A DNA stretch of 64,000 bases from Candidatus Eiseniibacteriota bacterium. GTDB taxonomy: Bacteria > Eisenbacteria > RBG-16-71-46. The position numbers and the translations under genes were made by a program. This document shows positions 9,709 to 21,739 of the stretch, one piece after another (the first letter of the stretch is position 1; each line of letters starts with the position of its first letter). The stretch spans positions 1,472,001 to 1,536,000 of the forward strand of contig OY970178.1 of assembly GCA_963707915.1 (NCBI GenBank), given 5' to 3'. The notes under the pieces are model-generated. The model was not told the DNA's origin. It saw nothing but the letters and a program-made list of their open reading frames with translations, and made no database searches.

Positions 9709-10900
9709 GTTTCCTCCGCTGCGCGGCGCACGGCCTCGACGGCCCAGCGCCACGCCTCTTCCGCCTTGCCGCCATCCAGCGCCCTGACCTGGACGAGGTC
9801 GGGCGAGCCACCGCCCTTGCCCTGGGCGCGCTCCAGCAGCCCGGGGAGCATCGCCCTCAGGTCCGCTGCCAGGCGCTTCGCCCTGCCCACCATCACGAAC
9901 GGCTCCGGCTCCGCCGCGCCGAGCGCCACCCATGGCGCCCCCGCCTCGAGCGACTTGAGCGCCAGCAGGCGCACCTCCTCGCGCGGGCGGCGGACGTCGA
10001 ACCCGGACACGCCCCGCGGCGGGACCCCCACGAGCTCGCGGGCCTCGGCCTCGATCAGCCGCTCGTTGAGGGCGGCGAGGACCTTGCGGAGGTCGTCGCG
10101 CTCCGCCGCCGCACGCTCCAGCTGGGCGATGACGTCGCGGTCCTTGAGCGTTCGCCGGCGCGCCGCCTCGACCAGCGCCTCCGTGCGCCAGGCGTAGTCG
10201 CGCAGCGCGCGGGCCCCGCACAGGAACTCGAAGCGCACGTTGCCCCGCACCCGCTCCCAGCGGACGACCTTGATGGCGCCGACCTCGCCGGTGCGCCGCA
10301 CGTGCGTGCCGCCGCAGGCCGAGGCGTCCCAGTCCTCGACCTCGACGACCCGGATGCGCCCCGCCACCGCCGGGGCCTTGCGCAGCCGGAAGCGGCCGAC
10401 GTCCGCCGGCTCCACCCAGTGGAGCGCGACCGGGCGGTCCTCCCAGACGACGCGGTTCGCCGACTCCTCGACGCGCCCGACCAGCGACCAGTCGGCCCCG
10501 CCCAGCGCCACCTCGATCACGCTGTGCTCCTCTCCCAGCGTCGAGGAGAGCGTCGGCGCGTCGGCCAGCCGCTCGAAGGCCGCCGAGAGGACGTGCTGGC
10601 CGGTGTGCTGCTGCATGTGGTCGAACCGGCGCGCCCAGTCGAGTTCCGCGTCCACCTCGCCCGCAGGCGCCTCCGCGCCCTCCAGCAGGTGCCAGATGCG
10701 GCCCTCGTCGGTGACCTGGACGTCCACGACCCGCACGCCGCCCAGCGTGCCGCGGTCGCCCAGCTGCCCGCCGCCCTCCGGGTAGAAGCAGGTCGCCTCG
10801 AGCTCCACGGCCGTGCGGCCCGCGTGCACGCCCGCGGCGGCGACGCGCGCGCGGAAGCGCGTGGCGTAGGGATCGTCGTGGTACAGCCGCTCGGATGCCA

Positions 10901-10901
<1 letters not shown>
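9705..10901 (-). CDS. Alanyl-tRNA editing protein (AlaX-like, with C-terminal DHHA1-like domain)
   Basis: RLYHDDPY, FYPEGGGQLGDRG, HMQQHTGQH, CGGTH, GKGGG. Confidence 0.9.
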
Positions 10902-11989
<1,088 letters not shown>

Positions 11990-12021
11990 CGACTTACCCC
12001 CGGGCGACCTAGGACCGTTTC

Positions 12022-12050
12022 AAAATGCCACGCCCCGCTCGGCAGGTCAA
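12022..12050 (-). promoter_or_regulatory. Candidate sigma-70 promoter
   Basis: TTGACC-N17-CATTTT with a TG extension. Confidence 0.35.
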
Positions 12051-12104
12051 GGCCGGCGGGGCGGATCGGTCCGGGACCGGGGTCCGTCAGGCGCCACGCG
12101 CGCG

Positions 12105-12980
12105 TCAGGCGGTCCCGCCCCCGCTCTTCCCGGGGTCCTGCGGTGGCGGCCCGACCAGCTTCAGGGGCGGATGTCCGGTCGCCGCGGCGTGCCACGGGCC
12201 GCCCAGGGTGCCCGAAGCGCGGAACGGGCCGGACTCCTCCATTCGCGGCTCCTCGGTCTCGATCAGCCGCAGGTAGAAGAAGGTCCACGCGTACTGGAAG
12301 ATGGGGAACAGGGCGATCAGGGCCAGCGAGAAGCCGGCCACCACCATCTCGAGCGAGGGCGGGTCGTGGGGGATGGCGTAGATCAGCGCGGCGATGAACC
12401 AGACCCCGAGCACCAGCAGCACCGAGCCCACCACCATCTCGAGCCAGCGCTCGAATCGGCCCCGGCTGAGGTGAAAGGAGTGCCGGAACGCGCCCACCAG
12501 GTTCCGGTCGTCGAGCACCACCGCCTCGGTCGCGAAGGCCAGCTTGTAGCCGAGGTAGAGCCCGGGCACGAAGAGCATGGGGAACGCGACGAACAGCGCG
12601 ACGTTCCTCACGAACTCGGTCACGTAGAGCCAGGGCAGCCGGCGCAGGCCGCGCTCGTAGCACTCGAGCGCCGGCGCGGGCGGGGTGCCGTGCGGGGTGC
12701 TGTAGACCGAGCGCGCGCGGATGCGCAGCATGGCGTCCACGGCCCACGAGGTGATGGAGCCCCCCAGCGTCGCGATGCTCCACACCAGCACGACGCTGAG
12801 CCTCGGGCGGGCGGAGGCGCTCGGGGTCGAGAGCAGGGCGGCCGCGAGGATCCACGGCGCGCGCAGCAGGAACGGCACGACCAGGGAGTGGAGCGGGTCG
12901 CGCAGCAACGTCAGGTCGAGCGCCAGCGCGAAGGCGTGGCGCGTCGAGATCGGGCGGCGAAGAGCGCGGTCGAGTGGCAT
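12105..12980 (-). CDS. Multi-pass membrane protein of unknown function
   Basis: About 6 hydrophobic segments; VVLDD…AFRHSFHLSRGRF pattern. Confidence 0.75.
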   Translation of the reverse strand: MPLDRALRRPISTRHAFALALDLTLLRDPLHSLVVPFLLRAPWILAAALLSTPSASARPRLSVVLVWSIATLGGSITSWAVDAMLRIRARSVYSTPHGTPPAPALECYERGLRRLPWLYVTEFVRNVALFVAFPMLFVPGLYLGYKLAFATEAVVLDDRNLVGAFRHSFHLSRGRFERWLEMVVGSVLLVLGVWFIAALIYAIPHDPPSLEMVVAGFSLALIALFPIFQYAWTFFYLRLIETEEPRMEESGPFRASGTLGGPWHAAATGHPPLKLVGPPPQDPGKSGGGTA

Positions 12981-12996
12981 GGAGGAGTCGGTAGGA

Positions 12997-13028
12997 TTGA
13001 CACTACGGAGTGGTCTACCTAGTGTCAA
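12997..13028. promoter_or_regulatory. Palindromic bidirectional promoter or operator
   Basis: TTGACACTA-N14-TAGTGTCAA, which reads TTGACA-N17-TAGTGT on both strands, between divergent genes. Confidence 0.65.
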
Positions 13029-13033
13029 GCTGC

Positions 13034-13513
13034 ATGGCTCGCAGACTCTCGCATCTGGACGCCTCGGGGCGGGCGCGCATGGTGGACGTGAGCGGCAAGC
13101 GCGTCACCCTGCGCGAGGCGGTCGCGCGCGGCAAGGTGTTCATGCACCGCGAGACGCTCGCGTTGCTGCGCTCGGGCCAGGCGCCCAAGGGCGACGTCAT
13201 CGCCACCGCCCACCTCGCGGGCGTCATGGCCGCCAAGCGCACCAGCGAGCTGATCCCGCTCGCCCACGTCCTCGCCCTCGACAGCGTCGAGGTGGCCTTC
13301 CGCATCGACGAGGACAGCCCGGCGGTGGAGATCGAGTCGCGGGTCCGCACCCGCGGCCGCACCGGCGTCGAGATGGAGGCGCTCACCGCGGTCACGGTGG
13401 CCGCGCTGGCGCTCTACGACATGCTCAAGGCGGTGGACCGCGGCATGGTGATGGGCGAGTTCGCGCTCTGGGAGAAGCGCGGGGGACGCAGTGGCGCCTT
13501 TCGCCGGCGCTGA
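13034..13513 (+). CDS. moaC: Cyclic pyranopterin monophosphate synthase
   Basis: LSHLD…[30 protein letters not shown]. Confidence 0.95.
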   Translation: MARRLSHLDASGRARMVDVSGKRVTLREAVARGKVFMHRETLALLRSGQAPKGDVIATAHLAGVMAAKRTSELIPLAHVLALDSVEVAFRIDEDSPAVEIESRVRTRGRTGVEMEALTAVTVAALALYDMLKAVDRGMVMGEFALWEKRGGRSGAFRRR

Positions 13514-13561
13514 GGCCCCGGCGGCGAGCCACCTCCCTCCCGTCCCCGGGCCCGCGACCCG

Positions 13562-14806
13562 ATGAGCGATCCCCGCTCCCTCTCCTACGCCGAGGCGCGC
13601 GCGCGAATCCTCGGCGCCGTGCGTCCCGGGGCGGTCGAGCGCGTGGGCCTGGCGGCGGCGCGCGGGCGGGCCCTGCGCGAGACGCTCACGGCACCGCACC
13701 CGCTCCCGCCCTTCGACAACTCCTCGATGGACGGCTGGGCGGTGCGCTCGGCCGACCTGGCGGGCGCCACGGCGGCCGCCCCGGTCACGCTCGCGGTGGT
13801 CGAGGGCCTCGCCGCCGGGCACGCCCCCTCCCGCTCGCTGGCCCCGGGCGAGGCCATGCGCATCATGACGGGCGCGATGATGCCGGCGGGCGCCGACGCG
13901 GTGGTCCCCTTCGAGGAGGCCGAGGCGCTCGATGCGCCGGCCCGGGTCCGGGCCGGATCGCCGGTGGCCCCGGGCGACTCCGTCCGGCCCGCGGCCGCCG
14001 ACCTGGCCGCCGGCGCGACCGCGCTCGTCGCGGGCCGCGAGCTGTCCGCGCACGACCTCGCGCTGCTCGCCGCGCTCGGGCTCACGCAGGTCGCGGTCGG
14101 AGCGCGGCCCGCGGTGGCCATCCTCTCGACCGGCGACGAGCTGGTGGAGCCCCACGAGCCGCTGCGGCCGGGGACGATCCACGAGAGCAACACCACGTTG
14201 CTGGCGGCCCTGCTGGAGGAGTGCGGCTGCGCGGTCGTCTCTCGTCGCCGTCTGCCCGACGACGTCGCCGAGGTGACGTCCGCCATTCGCGGGGCGCTGG
14301 GGACCGCGGACGTGGTGATCACCAGCGGCGGCGTCTCGGCCGGGGACCACGACCCGGTGAAGCTCGGCCTGGACGCGATCGGGGACGTCGAGCTGTGGCG
14401 GGTCGCGATGCGGCCGGGCAAGCCGCAGGCGTTCGGCACGCCGGGCGGCAGGTTGCTCTTCGGGCTGCCCGGCAATCCCGGCTCGGTGGCGTGCGTCTTC
14501 GAGACCCTGGTGAGGCCCGCGCTGCGGAAGCTCCAGGGCTTCGCCGGGCTCGAGCGTCCCTGGCTCGACGTGCGCGCCGAGGTGTCGTTCCGCTCGCAGA
14601 CCGGGCGCCGGGACTTCCTGCGGGCCCGGCTCGCGCAGCACGACGGCGGATGGTGGGCGGTCCCCGCAGGCCCGCAGGTCTCCGGCTACCTCACGCCGCA
14701 GTCGCGTGCCCACGCGCTGCTGGTCGTGCCCGAGGCGGCGGCGAGCCTCGAGCCGGGCGACGCGGCGCGGGCGATGCTCCTGCGCTGGCCCGGGCCGGCC
14801 TCCTAG
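13562..14806 (+). CDS. moeA: Molybdopterin molybdotransferase
   Basis: PPFDNSSMDGWA, RIMTGA, STGDEL, TSGGVSAG, RPGKP, GLPGNP. Confidence 0.95.
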   Translation: MSDPRSLSYAEARARILGAVRPGAVERVGLAAARGRALRETLTAPHPLPPFDNSSMDGWAVRSADLAGATAAAPVTLAVVEGLAAGHAPSRSLAPGEAMRIMTGAMMPAGADAVVPFEEAEALDAPARVRAGSPVAPGDSVRPAAADLAAGATALVAGRELSAHDLALLAALGLTQVAVGARPAVAILSTGDELVEPHEPLRPGTIHESNTTLLAALLEECGCAVVSRRRLPDDVAEVTSAIRGALGTADVVITSGGVSAGDHDPVKLGLDAIGDVELWRVAMRPGKPQAFGTPGGRLLFGLPGNPGSVACVFETLVRPALRKLQGFAGLERPWLDVRAEVSFRSQTGRRDFLRARLAQHDGGWWAVPAGPQVSGYLTPQSRAHALLVVPEAAASLEPGDAARAMLLRWPGPAS

Positions 14807-14872
14807 GAGCGCGGCGACGCCCGGTCGCGGGACGGCGCGGGGGCGCGGCGGGCGCGGGGCCCGGCGCGGGAG

Positions 14873-16335
14873 CTACAGCAGCCCGAGCACCGAGCGCTGC
14901 GCCAGCGCGAGCAGGCCGCCGGCCTGCACGCCCCACCACAGCGTGAGCGCCAGCGCCAGGGCGATCGTCACGGCCGCGGGCGCGGCCCAGGCGACCTCGG
15001 TGGGCTCGCCCTGGGGCTCCTGCATGTACAGCGCGACGGTCACGCGCAGGTAGTAGTAGACCGACACCACGCTGTTCAGCACGCCCACGATGACCAGCGG
15101 CACGAGCCCCGCCTTGAGCGCGGTGGCGAACACGGTGACCTTGCCGATGAACCCGGCCGTGGGCGGGATGCCGCCGAGCGAGACCATGAACACGGCCAGC
15201 GCCAGCCCGACGAACGGGCGGCGGAAGCCGAGACCCTTCAGGTCGGCCATCAGCACGCGCTCCTGCAGCCCGCGGCCGAGGATCGTGAGCACGCCGAACG
15301 CGCCCAGGTTCATGACCGAGTAGACCGCCAGGTAGAAGAGCGCCGCCGACGCCCCGTCGGGCCCGCCCGCCGCCACGGCCACCAGCAGGTAGCCGGCGTG
15401 GGCGATGCTCGAGTAGGCCAGCATGCGCTTGAGGTTGTTCTGGAACAGCGCGGTGACGTTGCCCACCGTCATGGTGAGCATCGCCACGGCGCCCAGCACC
15501 GGGACCCACTCCGCCGGGAAGCCGCCCAGCGCGCGCAGGCCGAAGCGCAGCAGCGCGGCGAAGGCGGCGGCCTTGGCCCCCACCGACATGAAGGCCGTGA
15601 CCGAGGTGGGCGCGCCCTCGTAGGCGTCGGGCGTCCACATGTGGAAGGGCACCGCCGCCACCTTGAAGAGGAAGCCGACCAGCACCAGCAGCCCGCCGGT
15701 GAGCAGCAGGGGGTTCGGGCGCAGCGGCGAGGCGGCGAGGAACGCGGCCATCCCGGCGAGATTGGTGGTGCCGGTGGCGCCGTAGAGCAGCGCGATGCCG
15801 TAGAGCAGGAAGCCGCTCGCGAACGCGCCGAGCAGGAAGTACTTGAGCGCGGCCTCGTTCGATTCGAGCAGGTTGCGCCGGAATCCCACCAGCACGTAGA
15901 GCGCGAGCGACATGAGCTCGAGCCCCAGGAAGACGGCGATGAGGTCGTTCGCGGCGGCCATCAGGACCATGCCGAGGGTGGCGCACAGCAGCAGCGCGTA
16001 GTACTCGGCGTGGTTGATGCGCGTGCGCTTCACGTAGTCCCAGGACAGCAGCACGGCCGCCGCCCCGCTCGCGCAGAGCAGCAGCGTGAAGAACACGGTG
16101 AAGCCGTCGTGCACGAACATGCCGCCGAACAGCGTGCGCCGCGCGTCGCGCGCCACGGTCACGGCCAGGCCGGAGGCGGCGAGCGCGACCAGCGACACCA
16201 CCGCCGCACGGCTGGAGCCGGCCTTCGCCGGCAGGAACTCCAGCAGCAGGAGCAGCATGGCGCCCGCGCTCAGGGCCAGCACGGCGCCCAGCGCCCACCA
16301 GTCCACCGGCAGCAGGAACGGCGCGGGCAGGACGC

Positions 16336-16339
<4 letters not shown>
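14873..16339 (-). CDS. nuoN: NADH-quinone oxidoreductase subunit N
   Basis: EAALKYFLLG, PFHMWTPDAYEGAP, KRMLAYSSIAHAGY. Confidence 0.95.
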
Positions 16340-17889
<1,550 letters not shown>

Positions 17890-17892
17890 GGG

Positions 17893-19821
17893 CTAGGGCC
17901 TCAGGAAATGGAAGAGCAGGGCGACCACGCCCAGCGTGAAGAGCAGCGCGTAGGTGCCGACGAAGCCGGTCTGGAAGAGCCGCAGCACGGCGGAGACGCC
18001 CTCCAGCGTGGCGCCGACGCCGTTGACGATGCCGTCCACGACCCGGGTGTCCCAGAAGCGCCAGAACGCCTGGGCCGAGCGGTAGACGGGCCCCACCGCG
18101 GCGGACTCGTAGAGCTCGTCCACCCAGTACTTGTTCAGGAGGGCGCGGTGCACACCGGCCAGGCGCTCGCGCAGCCGCGTCGCGGTCTGGGGGCTCCACA
18201 GGTAGGCGCGGAACGCGAAGGCGATGCCCGCCGCGGCGACCAGCACGGACAGCACGATGAGCAGCCACTCGGTGGCCACCGGCACCTCGTGGGCCACGGC
18301 GTGGCCGCCCCCGTGGGCGCCCGGGGCGAACACCGGCGCGAGCCAGCGCGCGAACGGGTGGCCCCCCTCCACCAGCGGCGGACCCACCAGGCCGCCCACC
18401 AGCGAGAGCACCGCCAGCACGAACAGCGGCACGATCATCGCGGGCGGCGACTCGTGCAGGTGGTGCTCGGCCTCGCGCGTCAGCCGCGAGCGGCCACGGA
18501 AGGTCAGCAGGTAGAGGCGGAACATGTAGAACGCGGTGAGCACCGCGCCCCCCAGGCCCATGACCCAGATCACGGTGTGCCCGCTGAAGAAGGCGCTCGC
18601 GAGGATCTCGTCCTTGCTGAAGAACCCGGCGAAGGGCGGGATGCCGGCGATCGCGAGGGTGGCCGTCAGCATGGTGGCGTGGGTCCACGGCAGCCGCGAT
18701 GCGAGCCCGCCCATGCGCCGCATGTCCTGCTCGTCCGACATGGCGTGGATCACCGATCCCGCGCCGAGGAACAGCAGCGCCTTGAAGAAGGCGTGCGTCA
18801 TCAGGTGGAAGATGCCGGCGGTGAACGCGCCCACGCCGCACGCCATGAACATGTAGCCCAGCTGGCTCACGGTCGAGTAGGCGAGCACGCGCTTGATGTC
18901 GTTCTGCGCGAGCCCGATGGTCGCGGCGAACAGCGCGGTGGCGGCGCCCACCCAGGCCACGACCTCGAGCGAGACGGGCGCGAGCTGGAACAGCACGTGC
19001 GTGCGGGCCACCATGTAGACGCCGGCCGTCACCATGGTGGCGGCATGGATGAGCGCGGAGACCGGGGTCGGGCCCTCCATCGCGTCGGGCAGCCAGACGT
19101 ACAGCGGCAACTGCGCGCTCTTGCCGGTCGCGCCGAGGAAGAGCAGCAGGGTCGCGGCGGTGATGACCGCGCCGCCCGCGACGAACAGTTGCGGCGCGAC
19201 CTCGAACATGCGCTGGTACTGGAGCGTCCCGGTCACCGCGAACAGCGTGAACATGCCGAGCAGGAAGCCGAAGTCGCCGATGCGGTTGACGATGAAGGCC
19301 TTCTTCCCCGCCGCCGCCGCCGCGGGCCGCGTGTACCAGAATCCGATGAGCAGGTACGAGCACAGGCCGACGCCCTCCCAGCCCACGAACATGAGCAGGA
19401 AGTTGTCCGCCAGCACCAGGGTCAGCATCGCGAACATGAACAGGTTCAGATAGAGGAAGAAACGCCGGACGTCGGGCTCGTGCGCCATGTAGCCGGTGGA
19501 GTAGACGTGGATCAGGAAGCCCACGCCGGTCACCACCAGGATCATCACCGCCGAGAGCGGGTCGAGCAGGAACGACACGTCCACCGAGAGGTCGCCGACC
19601 CGCATCCAGGTGTAGACGCTCTCGACGATGGCGCGCTGCGCCTCGGGGAGCGCCGCGAGCCGGAGCACCGAGAGCAGCGACACGGCGAACGAGAGCCCCA
19701 CGGCGCCGCAGGCCAGCCAGCCCACGCCCCGGCGGCCGAGCCGGTCGCCGAGCAGCAGGTTCACCAGCACCGCCGCGAGCGGCAGCGCCGGAATCAGCCA
19801 GAGGGGCAGAGCCATGTCCAT
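17893..19821 (-). CDS. nuoL: NADH-quinone oxidoreductase subunit L
   Basis: GKSAQLPLYVWLPDAMEGPTPVSALIHAATMV, THAFFKALLFL. Confidence 0.96.
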   Translation of the reverse strand: MDMALPLWLIPALPLAAVLVNLLLGDRLGRRGVGWLACGAVGLSFAVSLLSVLRLAALPEAQRAIVESVYTWMRVGDLSVDVSFLLDPLSAVMILVVTGVGFLIHVYSTGYMAHEPDVRRFFLYLNLFMFAMLTLVLADNFLLMFVGWEGVGLCSYLLIGFWYTRPAAAAAGKKAFIVNRIGDFGFLLGMFTLFAVTGTLQYQRMFEVAPQLFVAGGAVITAATLLLFLGATGKSAQLPLYVWLPDAMEGPTPVSALIHAATMVTAGVYMVARTHVLFQLAPVSLEVVAWVGAATALFAATIGLAQNDIKRVLAYSTVSQLGYMFMACGVGAFTAGIFHLMTHAFFKALLFLGAGSVIHAMSDEQDMRRMGGLASRLPWTHATMLTATLAIAGIPPFAGFFSKDEILASAFFSGHTVIWVMGLGGAVLTAFYMFRLYLLTFRGRSRLTREAEHHLHESPPAMIVPLFVLAVLSLVGGLVGPPLVEGGHPFARWLAPVFAPGAHGGGHAVAHEVPVATEWLLIVLSVLVAAAGIAFAFRAYLWSPQTATRLRERLAGVHRALLNKYWVDELYESAAVGPVYRSAQAFWRFWDTRVVDGIVNGVGATLEGVSAVLRLFQTGFVGTYALLFTLGVVALLFHFLRP

Positions 19822-19830
19822 CGCGCCGGC

Positions 19831-20133
19831 CTAGCCTTTCAGCAGGTTGATCTCGTCCACGAACACGGTCTCCCGCAGACGGAACAGGTTCACGATGATG
19901 GCCAGGCCCACCGCCACCTCGGCGGCCGCCACGGTCATGACGAAGAAGACGAACACCTGCCCGTCGAGCGAGTTCAGGTGACGCGCGAAGGCCACGAACG
20001 CGAGGTTCGAGGCGTTCAGCATCAGCTCGATGGACATGAAGATGACGATCGCGTTGCGCCGCACCAGCACGCCCACGACGCCGATGCAGAACAGCACGGC
20101 GCTGAGCAGGAGCAGCCACGAGAGCGGGATCAT
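19831..20133 (-). CDS. nuoK: NADH-quinone oxidoreductase subunit K
   Basis: RRNAI…[17 protein letters not shown]. Confidence 0.95.
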   Translation of the reverse strand: MIPLSWLLLLSAVLFCIGVVGVLVRRNAIVIFMSIELMLNASNLAFVAFARHLNSLDGQVFVFFVMTVAAAEVAVGLAIIVNLFRLRETVFVDEINLLKG

Positions 20134-20708
20134 GCGTCCTCCCCGGCGGCCGGGGATTCCGGGTCCGGCGCGGCCTGCGCGGGCGGCGCCGGCGCCGCCG
20201 CGCGCAGGCCGCGGGCGACGACGATCACGCCGATCATCGCGACCAGCAGGATGACCGAGGTGATCTCGAACGGGAACAGGTAGCGCGAGTAGAGCAACTG
20301 GCCCACCTGCTGCGTGTTGCCGGCGACCGCGGCGCCCTCCGGCGGGGGCGGCGTGACCGGTCCGAGGGCCAGCCGCCCGGTGAGCAGCAGCACGCCCTCG
20401 GTCACCAGCGCCGCGCCCAGCAGCCAGCCGAGCCCGCGCCGCAGCACGAGGGTCACGCCGCTCTCGACGTCGTGGCCCAGGTTCAGGTACATGATGACGA
20501 ACAGGAACAGCACCATGATGGCGCCGGCGTAGACCACGACCTGCACCAGGCCGATGAACTCGGCGTGGAGCAGCAGGTAGATGGCGGCCAGCGAGCAGAA
20601 GGCCAGCACCAGGAAGAGCGCGCTGGTCAGCGGGTTGCGGTGCAGGATGACGAGCAGGCTCGAGACCACCAGGATGGCCGCGAACGCCACGAACAGGACG
20701 GTGATCAT
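20130..20708 (-). CDS. nuoJ: NADH-quinone oxidoreductase subunit J
   Basis: [31 protein letters not shown] overlaps the nuoH stop. Confidence 0.93.
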   Translation of the reverse strand: MITVLFVAFAAILVVSSLLVILHRNPLTSALFLVLAFCSLAAIYLLLHAEFIGLVQVVVYAGAIMVLFLFVIMYLNLGHDVESGVTLVLRRGLGWLLGAALVTEGVLLLTGRLALGPVTPPPPEGAAVAGNTQQVGQLLYSRYLFPFEITSVILLVAMIGVIVVARGLRAAAPAPPAQAAPDPESPAAGEDA

Positions 20709-21739
20709 CGGTTGCCCACCCAGTAGGCGACCGCCCCGGTCGCCAGCACGTTCAGCAGCGCGATCGGGAGCAGCACCTTCCACCCGAAGGCCATGAGCTG
20801 GTCGTAGCGCAGGCGCGGGAACGTCCAGCGCACCCACATGAAGAGGAAGATCAGCGCGAAGAGCTTGCCGAAGAACCAGAGGAACTGGAGCGATTCGGGC
20901 AGCCACGGCCCGTTCCAGCCGCCGAGGAAGAGCGTCACCGTGATCGAGGAGATGGTGAGCATGTTCATGTACTCGCCCAGGAAGAACATCGCCCACTTCA
21001 TGCTCGAGTACTCGGTGTGGAAGCCGCCCACCAGCTCGGACTCCCCTTCGGGCAGGTCGAAGGGCGCGCGGTTGGTCTCGGCGAAGGCGCACACCAGGAA
21101 GACCACGAACGCCACCGGCTGGGTGAACACGAACCAGCGCGGCAGCGACAGCGGCCCGAGCGCGAAGGCGCCGCTCTGGGCGTGCACGATGTCCACCAGC
21201 GAGAGCGAGCCGGCCAGCAGGACCACGCCGATGGTCGAGAGCCCGAGCGCCAGCTCGTAGGAGACCATCTGCGCCGACGAGCGCAGGCCGCCGAGCAGGG
21301 CGTACTTGTTGTTCGAGGACCAGCCCGCCAGCGCCAGCGCGTAGACGCCCAGGCTCGACATGGCGAGGAACACCAGCAGGCCCACGTTCACGTCGGTGAC
21401 GATGAAGTTGGGCCCGATCGGCACCACCGCGAAGGAGGTGAGCGCCGGCGTGACCGCCAGGATCGGAGCGACGTGGAAGAGGATCTTGTTCGCGTTCGCC
21501 GGGATGAACTCCTCCTTGAGGAAGAGCTTGAGGATGTCGGCGAACGGCTGGAACAGCCCCCACGGGCCCACCAGGTTCGGGCCGGGCCGCGACTGGATGT
21601 GGCCGGCGACCTTGCGCTCGAAGTAGGTCAGGTAGGCGACGATCCCGAGCATGACCATCAGGATGACGACGATCTTGACGAGCCCCCAGAAGCAGACCTG
21701 GACCGTGGGATCCTGGAAGAAGGCGGTCAGCACGTTCAC
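20705..21739 (-). CDS. nuoH: NADH-quinone oxidoreductase subunit H
   Basis: ERKVAG…[40 protein letters not shown]. Confidence 0.95.
   Translation of the reverse strand: MNVLTAFFQDPTVQVCFWGLVKIVVILMVMLGIVAYLTYFERKVAGHIQSRPGPNLVGPWGLFQPFADILKLFLKEEFIPANANKILFHVAPILAVTPALTSFAVVPIGPNFIVTDVNVGLLVFLAMSSLGVYALALAGWSSNNKYALLGGLRSSAQMVSYELALGLSTIGVVLLAGSLSLVDIVHAQSGAFALGPLSLPRWFVFTQPVAFVVFLVCAFAETNRAPFDLPEGESELVGGFHTEYSSMKWAMFFLGEYMNMLTISSITVTLFLGGWNGPWLPESLQFLWFFGKLFALIFLFMWVRWTFPRLRYDQLMAFGWKVLLPIALLNVLATGAVAYWVGNR

Noticed and set aside
12015..12032. TGGCA upstream of the sigma-54 activator as a -24/-12 promoter
   Set aside because: No GC at the -12 position; a sigma-70 reading fits better
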